A DNA stretch of 64,000 nt from Eledone cirrhosa (lineage: Eukaryota), in contig OZ024745.1 of the NCBI GenBank assembly GCA_964016885.1, forward strand, positions 62,496,001-62,560,000, written 5' to 3'. A program made the position numbers and the translations under genes. Below the pieces are notes generated by a model. That model was given only the letters and a program-made list of their open reading frames with translations, made no database searches and was not told the DNA's origin. Positions 55,256 to 64,000 of the stretch are shown here, in pieces; positions within the stretch are counted from its first letter, which is position 1, and the number at the start of each line of letters is the position of its first letter.

Positions 55256-56167
55256 ATATATGTATATATATAAAATATGTGTGCGTATGTATATTTCATT
55301 TTTCTGTTTCTCGACATATGTAATTTAGGAAAGATATGTGTATCTATCCTGCTTATCTGTAATTGGTTAGCTGGGTTGTGTGAATAAAGCACCTGTATAC
55401 ATAGATTTGTTTGTGCCTATATATGACTTAATGTATATCTACATTTGTGTGGGTGAATCCACATGTATGGGTCGATACGTACGCCGGTATATACGTATAT
55501 ATATATCTATACATATATTTACATGTGTGTGTGTTTGTGTGTGTATTTGCTTATATACTGGAGTGTGGGGTGGATTTAAACCCCAGAGAAATCAGAAGAA
55601 AGTAATATATTACCTTTAAAAATCCCGGATAAATGTGGATTAGTATCAATATATGAGGTTCAGTAGAAATGGAAAAAGTGACGGTGGTAAAGAATCCATG
55701 CCTAATGTATATATATATATATATGCACACGCACACACACAACACACACACACATATATATATATATATATGTGTGTGTTTGTGTGTGTCTGTGTGTGTG
55801 TTATTTAAATTAGATGACAGATAGCCACACGCTGTGGGAAAGAAACATGTGTTCATGTGTAGCGTCAAGGATTCAACTGTTATATAATATTTACAGAGTA
55901 AATGCAGAAACACACACATAAGCGTACACACACGCACACACACACACATGCACGCCCCCCCCCCTATATATATATATATTAGTTTTTTCGTTGCTTTGGT
56001 ATTGTGTGTTAGGTTTTGCCTACCACAATGTTCAATTTGTCACGCTATTTAAACGTATGTTATTACTCTAAGGACCTACCCTTATTGAGTGCTTTGCTAA
56101 CTCATTCATATTGTAGGTCGACTTTGCTTGCCCACAGCCAAAGTTTCAAGTTTACTATGCTTCCACT

Positions 56168-56209
<42 letters not shown>

Positions 56210-58291
56210 GTTGGTCTGTGCATAATTTCTGTCGTCAAATCGAGGTTTGAAACTGAAAGGTTTATATAATTAAATTTAATTAAAAGCAACTGAATTACCA
56301 ACTGCTAATCAAAATAATCCAGAAGGGATTAATTACCTCAACAATTGTGTCTAAATTTATAGCAGACGACCAGCAATTTATAAGGAAGGGAGAATTCGAT
56401 TACATATATAACACTGTTCATTACTGGTACTTTAATTTATCCACCCTGTAATGATGAAATGCAAAGCTTACCTATTGTACGGTTGGGTATCTTGGACAGA
56501 GAGCCCAGGATTTAACAGTCTAATTGTCGACAGCAGACCATTTCAAACACTATCCATATCTCGAAATTCTCTAATACTGGAGATACATTGTCACATTGTC
56601 GTCATAATATGTGTGACAATAAGATCTTTTAATTTGTTCTATACAACTTGTTATTTCATTCTTTTAGCTGAGGAATGAAATTGGGTTAGTTGTTCATTTT
56701 TATTCTCCAAATTCTCTATATAGGAAGTCGTGAAAACAAAGAAATATACGTAAGTACATGAAATAGTAGATCAAAGAATTTCACAATGTTTCTAGGTATC
56801 CAGTCAGACACTATTTTATATTTCATTATTGTTTTGCTTCTTAGCAGCGTGTATTCTGTATGTTTCATACATTATATTCTTAGAAAATAAATTTACTTGG
56901 ACTAGGTGAAATAGCTATTCAGTGAATCACTTTAGGTTGCATTTAAATGTGTCATAAACAATAGAATAATGAAAGGAATATTCGAGAACTCTAAAGTTTC
57001 AACTATGACTATGTTGGGAATAAATATCATGCCAACTTATGATGCTAAATCTTAAATAAATATATTCCGCATGCCACACACATAAACGAAACTTAAGGCT
57101 CTGTCTAACTCGTGGTATCACCGGATAGTATGAGGAAGACAATACACTGGACGAGGGCGAGCGATATTCGTAAGAACAGCAACTCAACCTCAGGAAGTTA
57201 ACATATGCGTGTTGCAATGTTCACTCCTATAGCAGTGTCATCTCGATCGGCACCAGTCTTGGGGAGACTGAGAGTGATTGGAGAGAAATGAAACAGTCGT
57301 CCACAATCACTGGGCCGATAGGAGTTGTCTGATTGGAGCGATGTGACCAGCGAAGTTAGGACCTTGGGCAGGCATGCTATTTCGTCTGAGGATGTGGTGG
57401 ATGACCTCAGTTGCACAGGCGTAGAAAAGCGGCAGCTGTCGCATCTCCACGTTGATATTACATATTAATGTTGTCTACCAACTCTAGTATTAATTCGGCA
57501 TTGACAGAGTTGGGGAAACTAGAGTTAGATATAATGCACTGACCCAAAGTTATTTCTACTTGCTATAATAGCTGTGTATGAAAAACTCCATATTAATTAA
57601 TATCTACAAGTGAAAGATTAAGCATAATTCATGATTAAGCATAAATGATCATTTTTTAATATACCAGCACCAGCATCGCTAAGTCGCAGTCAATGTGTCA
57701 TTCAAATTGCAATGAAGTGTTTCGCTAAATGCATATCATTTCATCTGTAGTTACTCACGCTTTTTACTACATACACCAGCCGAATGCAAAGCTGAGCATT
57801 AACTTGATTTTAAGAACTGATTTCCATTCCTATATTTGCTGACAATATAAATTTCGTGCTGCCAGATATACATTTTCCGTAAACGGGCAACGTAATAGGT
57901 TCCATATCTCCCAGTGGGGTACACAGGATAAAGAAGAGTTTACGTGCAAATCATATCGTTAAATTGTATATACGAAATGTCAGACCCATTATAAACCAAT
58001 CCATTTTATTTTCCCAGCATCATTCCCTATGAGTCTTTAAACTGATGTATATCTACCAGGAACGACCTCTATTTTCTATGTAAAATAACATGTCCACGAT
58101 TTACGTCGAATTGATGTACTGTCTTTTGAAGGCAAATATTTGAAACTCATCATTTGTCATAAACAAATGTATGTCCATCCAACTAATTCCTTCAGTTGTA
58201 GACATTTTCATTTTAAATATACTCAAACACACACAAATGACACGCGTTTACAGAAATGGGAAGAGTTTAGCCGTCGGGTCCCGACTCGTTA

Positions 58292-59166
58292 TCTATATAT
58301 ATAAAACTGAGGATGTCTGTCTGTGTGTGTGTGGGTTTGAATCCCTAAAACTCGAGAAGCACTCAACCGACTGTTTTCAAACTTTACACATGTAATACTT
58401 ATGTTTCAGCGAGTGTTCTGAGCAAAGAAAATTTCAAATTTTCAATACCCTAGGGACCGCATTAGGCGATTTAGCGATCTCTCTCTATAATTCTTAGTCT
58501 TTCTCTTTTTAGATAGATACATACATATAACGTCGCGCCCTTATAATATCTGTGTGTATGTCTGCTGTCTGCATTACGTCACTTCCCTGAGGATGTGTGT
58601 CTGTGAGTTTGAATCCCTAAAACTCGAGAAGTACCCAACCGATTTTTTCAAACTTTACATGTCTATTACTTATGTTTCAGGGAATGTTATGCACATGAAA
58701 CATTCAACTTTTTAATATCCTAGGTGAAAAACTGCGTTTTTTAAGCTTTTTAAGGGTTTTTTGAGGCGTTACGTCGGACCGATTTCCTTCAAATTGTAAC
58801 TATGTATTAGTCAGTCTCTTCTTCATACCGTGAGCAAAGAAAATCCAACTTTTGTATGGCCTAGGGCCCGCATTAGCTTTTTATGGCTTTTTGGAGGCGT
58901 TACGTATAACCGATTTTCCCGAAATTTCAAGGCATATTATGCACATAAAAAAAATTCATTTTCTTGATCCCCTAGGGCCCACATTAGGTGAAAACCTACA
59001 TTTTCCCCGCTTCATCGAGGAAAATCTTAAAGATTATCCAGCCCTCAGAGTATTCGGTTTATTTTCTTTACATATTGTCCAGGCATGCAGCTTTTTCACG
59101 ATTAGGTCTGTAGGTGGCCCGCGTTCCAAATACCTTATCCCGTGGAACGCCGGGTACCACTGTTAG
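58292..59166 (+). mobile_element. Non-autonomous Helitron
   Basis: 5' A|TCTATATATATAAAA; 3' hairpin cccg-tggaacgc-cggg followed by TTAG|T (CTAG variant); inserted between A and T; internal imperfect tandem subrepeats. Confidence 0.75.
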
Positions 59167-59465
59167 TAAAGTATATATATAGACATTCAATTATTATTTA
59201 CAAAGTAAACCTTGTTCAGAGGAAGCCAACAAGACATGGTTTTAATATGTATAATGTAAATAAATAGTAATCAATGAGTCGTAAATTAATCTCAGCTGAG
59301 AATACAATAAAGAAGCATTAGAGAATTGGGTTGTATTTAGATCTCCAGTTTTGTATCTATTCCCATGTACCGTATACGTGAACATGCTGAGTCATGGATA
59401 TATACGTATGTGATGTGTCCATTCTAGTTTCACCTGTATAAGTTTAATCGTATTCACTATTCTGC

Positions 59466-59534
<69 letters not shown>

Positions 59535-59535
59535 T

Positions 59536-59665
59536 GCTTCCAGATGATTTCCTCCGAATGAAACAATTCTTGTCCTGTAGAAGCCATTTCTATATTAAAT
59601 ATTTACTCTCTGCTATGTATTGAGTACCTTACTTACTGTGGTTACCCCCGATTGAACCCGGGATA
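59536..59665 (+). mobile_element. Solo Naiad terminal-repeat fragment with HHR (related to 14453-14580)
   Basis: gcttc-CAGATGA...GAAA-ca...ctg-TA-gaagc, then a 39-bp block identical to 14527-14565. Confidence 0.75.
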
Positions 59666-59670
59666 AAGAA

Positions 59671-59744
<74 letters not shown>

Positions 59745-59746
<2 letters not shown>

Positions 59747-60628
59747 AAGGTATATATTGAATTAGAAACTCGAAATAGTCTCTTACAATTAAGTAGATCA
59801 AGGAAAGACAGTGTAATATAATTGAATATAAAAGAGAGATAAACACAGATATATATGTGTTCAAATCATGAGGGACCAGATTCGCTAGGGTGAAAAAAAT
59901 ACTAACTATGAACAATAGGGTTTGCCAGACTCAATTAAACAAAATAAATTAAGAAAAGAAATACAAACCGATATTGCGGCAACTGCCAGACACCCAGACA
60001 GATTTTGGTAATGCTGTTTCGCAATTTTAATGATAGGGAATTACCAATTTTTTGGCTCATCAGTGGGTGTGAAATTAGTAATCCCTTCACTTCTAAATAT
60101 CTCAGAAGACTGAATAGTGTGCGTATATAAAATAACGCATACTACTAAAAATAACAGCCAAGTTTATTCGACAATAAATTAGCTCAACAAATTTAAGGAA
60201 CCGAACATATCAAAGGTTTATATTGAGTTAAAAACTCAAAATAGTCTCTTACAATTAAATAGTTCAAGGAAAGATATTTTCCGGGCAGTGTAATATAATT
60301 GAATATAAAGGACAGATAAAAACAGATATATACCTATATGTGTTCAAATTGTAAGGGACCAGATTCGCTAATTTCACACCCACTGATAAGCCAAAAAATT
60401 GGTAATTCCCTATCACTAAAATTTCTACACAATTTCGTTATCAAAAGCTGTATGGGTGTCTGTCAGTTGCCGCAATAACTGTTTGTATTTCTTTTTAAAT
60501 TTATTCTTTAAAATTGAGCCTGGCAAATCCTATTGTTCATAGTTAGTATTTTTTTCACCCTGGCGAATCTGGTCCCTCACAATTTGAACACTTATATGTG
60601 TATATCTGTGTTTATCTCTATTTTATAT
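59745..60628. mobile_element. Family F unit with both partial-tandem and fold-back structure
   Basis: Direct repeat ~59745-59890 / ~60208-60370; inverted repeat ~59822-60080 / ~60368-60628. Confidence 0.8.
59991..60069 (-). ncRNA. Type I hammerhead ribozyme, canonical core
   Basis: caccca-CTGATGA-gc...gc-GAAA-cag...ct-GTC-tgggtg; 6-bp stem I and GUC site. Confidence 0.78.
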
Positions 60629-60999
60629 TATATTATATATATATATATATATATATAATAAATAAACAGACTAAATAAAGATGGCGTGGGCATACATTGC
60701 AACCAACGGGAGGAAACATAATAGCACCACTGACGATGTTGCAGATGTGCAACGAAAGAACTTTGTTAGACTATATATATATATATATGTGTTTGTGTCT
60801 ATATTGTATCTGTATTTTTGTGTCTATATTGTATCTGTATTTTTGACCGGTTGTCAGTCAATGGTAAAATCGAGGACCGAATAAATTAAATTAACCGATA
60901 TAAAGGACACAGAAGCGAAAACCAACCAAACAGTGAGTGTGTTCTGTTATTAATTCTGGGAATATTATTACACAAACATGACCCTCCCCAAGTATAACA

Positions 61000-61032
<33 letters not shown>

Positions 61033-61051
61033 TTTATGAATATTAGATATA

Positions 61052-61177
<126 letters not shown>

Positions 61178-61829
61178 TAAATATATATATACATATATAT
61201 GCACACATTTATGAATATTAGAAAAGGGAAGTAAGGTTAAACACAAAATAGTGGTTATAGAGAAGAGCTGATGAAGTTGGAAATAGCACGGAAAATATAT
61301 TTTAGGGTCTGTTTTTCTTTTTTTTTTCCTTTCTTTGATTCTTCAGAGTGACATTACTGAAAAAATGAGAGGGACAATTCTTTTATATTGTTTTATAAGT
61401 TTTATAATGTATATAAAGTATATAAAGTATTACCGGTTTCAATAAATTATTAAAATTCATCTCATCAAATGTTAAGTAATACAATTAAAAAGATTTAATA
61501 AGAATTAAAAACTAAATATTAAAGATTTAAAATTGTTCATCTTCCTTGCTGAGAAGTCTCCTTCTCTATGTACTTAGAATGCATGCGTAAGACTTCCCTG
61601 GGAGTCCTGATTTCTCAGTGCCCTCAGCTATTTTTCTATCTGCCTTTCTGTATTGTCGTTCCTGTCAGAAGGTGAGTCAGGAAAGCACTTACCAAGATAT
61701 TTTGTTGGGATATTCTGGATTATTGGCACCACATCCACTGCTCTTGCAATCATCATTTCTATATCACTTTAACTTTGCTGCTTCTGGATTCCTTTAGTTT
61801 GAACCTCATCTTAGCCAATATTGCCATAT

Positions 61830-63590
61830 GATCAAGCATTACTAACACCCGCCTCACCATTAAGGAACATATTTTCAAGTTTAATGGCAAAATAAATGCC
61901 CAAGCTGAGGGGGCAGCCATTGGCGTTAGCATTACAGGCGACATAGCTAACCACTTTATAGTATGGTGGGACAGAAGACTTAAGTAACAATTAGACGACA
62001 ATTTTATATAATGTAATCCCGCTATGTGGATGAAATAAACGTCGTAGTAAAAACACCGCCAGAGGAGACCAGTCACAAATTAGAGAAGACCACCATGGAA
62101 AGTATCCAGCAAATACCTAAATCCATCCACCAGAGTATTAAATTTACTATAGACTGCCGAACTAAAAACCCCAACCATAGATTACCCGTACTAGACACAG
62201 AACTCTGGTTGGAAACTACTAGTAATAGAACGCAAATCCCCCATTCTCATTATGCCAAACCCATAACCTCCAAATACCTGATCCACCGAACCTCAGCTGT
62301 TTTGGATCACATCAAAATCAATACACTGATTGCGGACTTAGTAAGAGTGATTATGAACGTCTCTCGCATATGCAATCCTAAAGAATTAGAGAGACACATT
62401 AAAGATCAGGGCATATCAGAGAGAGAAGATCAGGCTATGTAATGAAGCCAGAACCAAATGCGCAAAGATTGTAGAAATGATGCAAATGGGACTTGCCCCA
62501 TTTATAGGAGCAAATTTTGGAACAGAATAGAAAGGATTAGGAATAAGCCAAATAAAATCAACTCATGGTGTGATAGCAATAAATACCAGAGTGTAATATT
62601 CGTCAATACAACCCCTAGAGGCGAACTAGCTTACAGATTTTGAAGGGCCCTAGACAAACTCAAATTAAATATTAAGATATTTGAAAGACTAGGTATTCCC
62701 ATAAAAACCTTAATTAGTAAAACATACACATTTCAACGAACCCATGCACTGATAGGAAATACATAGACTGCAATCTAAGCCGGCAAACTAACTGCAAAAC
62801 TAGGAACGTAGTATATAACAGAAGATGAACTGAGGGACAGTGTAGGATTAGAACATAACATGCACAGGTGAAACAGCCCGTAGCATAGAGGAAAGGATAA
62901 GTGAACACTGGTGAGAACTCCAGAATGGGAAAAACTCATCAGTACTCCACCAACATGCTAAAATAGAACATAGGGGCACATTAGAGAACATAGAGATAAA
63001 AATTATATCCACACACAGAAAAGATGCAATGATCAGACAAATCACATAGCCGACAAACGTAAAGGAACTCCAAACAAAATAAACAGAAAACACGAGTGGA
63101 ATAGCAACATCGCAACTAGTAATTAAGGACAAAATGAAGACATACAGACACACTGGAAAACCAAACTAACAAAACAAATTTAGACACACAGATAGAACAA
63201 ATAACCACCTAGTGACAAGTAAATAAACACATAAATAATTATACACAGACACACACTCACCCGGATGTAACGCATGCGGAAACTAAGCACACAACACAGA
63301 ACACACAAACACAAGATGGTGTAGGATAAAACAAAGGAGAGTCACAAAATAAAAACATATTCCTTGAGGATGTCATATACTGTGTGATGAAAGAGCTTTG
63401 ACAATATATAAACAACCATCCGGTTATCTAACCAACCAGCCAACCGGAAACTTATAATAAATTGAAGTGAAAACCAACATGTGCGTGTGTTTTTGTTGGC
63501 AGCATGATACTGCCTATAACAATATCTATTTCAACACACGTTTTCAGATAAGAAATTTTGAAAAGCAAATTCAAAATCGAAGTATATATA
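61830..63590 (+). mobile_element. Decayed Penelope-like element of a non-Naiad type (RT C-half + GIY-YIG + 3' terminal repeat family C)
   Basis: GAAIGVSITGDIA..FIVWWD, RYVDE, LPVLDTELW, HYAKP, CKTRNVVY, GETARSIEERISEH, SVLHQHAKIEH; several stops. Confidence 0.85.
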
Positions 63591-63640
63591 TAAGTGGAAA
63601 ACTATGAACGTATATACAAAACTGAGAACGTATATAAGCC

Positions 63641-63905
63641 CGGCTGTCAGAGAACTTCGTCGACCACACTTCACCTGACATCTAGCCTCCCAGCTCGCCT
63701 GACAGCATCCCCCTCGACTTCTTTGTGTGGGGCGCAGTGGAACGAGACACCAACAGATCTAGCTGCAATACGAAAGACGATCTGAAGGCCAGGATCACAA
63801 GTGGCTTTAGGGGCCTAAGTGGTGGGATAGTGACGAAGACCTGTAGCCGGTTCCGAGGCCTGCCTTGAGGCCGTCATCAAAGCCAATGGCGGGTTTATCG
63901 AGAGA
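63641..63905 (+). mobile_element. Tc1/mariner-superfamily transposase C-terminal remnant
   Basis: Frame not shown in the ORF track: LSENFVDHTSPDI*PPSSPDSIPLDFFVWGAVE...DDLKARI...LEAVIKANGGFIE, matching the WPPxSPDLNPLD motif. Confidence 0.8.
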
Positions 63906-64000
63906 GATCGAAAGAACAAGTCATTAAGACAAACTGACCCAAGTTTGATAAATATATCTTAAAAAATAAAACTACTGTTTTAACCTTTCCTAGACAGTAA

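Noticed and set aside
62826-62828. TGA at a probable conserved Cys (VVY...*TEGQC) as possible selenocysteine
   Set aside because: This element has several other stops and frameshifts, so an ordinary nonsense mutation is sufficient.

Overview
Eukaryotic, gene-free, repeat-saturated DNA, most likely from an octopod cephalopod. That assignment is inferred from the MetaSINE-type SINEs with (ATT)n tails, the Dong/R4 LINEs and the extreme (AT)n/(CA)n/(CT)n load. No host exon, rRNA, tRNA gene or CRISPR array could be supported. Most long ORFs in the track are microsatellite artefacts. The real coding remnants are all transposon-derived: two Dong/R4-like RLE LINE copies (2.3-5.9 kb), an L1/Tx1 LINE (41.4-45.7 kb) plus a 3' end (6.7-7.3 kb), RTE-like fragments, a near full-length Naiad-type Penelope-like element (PLE; 14.4-17.4 kb), four more PLE remnants, a non-autonomous Helitron and a Tc1/mariner fragment. 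The dominant hidden structure is a dense population of short PLE-derived, hammerhead-ribozyme (HHR)-bearing units sitting in (AT)n tracts. They occur as partial tandems (periods 591 and 566 bp) or as fold-back inverted repeats, and several ribozymes have covarying stems, variant cores or very long stem II. One LTR-like insertion in the Naiad RT has GT...AG ends whose removal would rejoin the RT reading frame.
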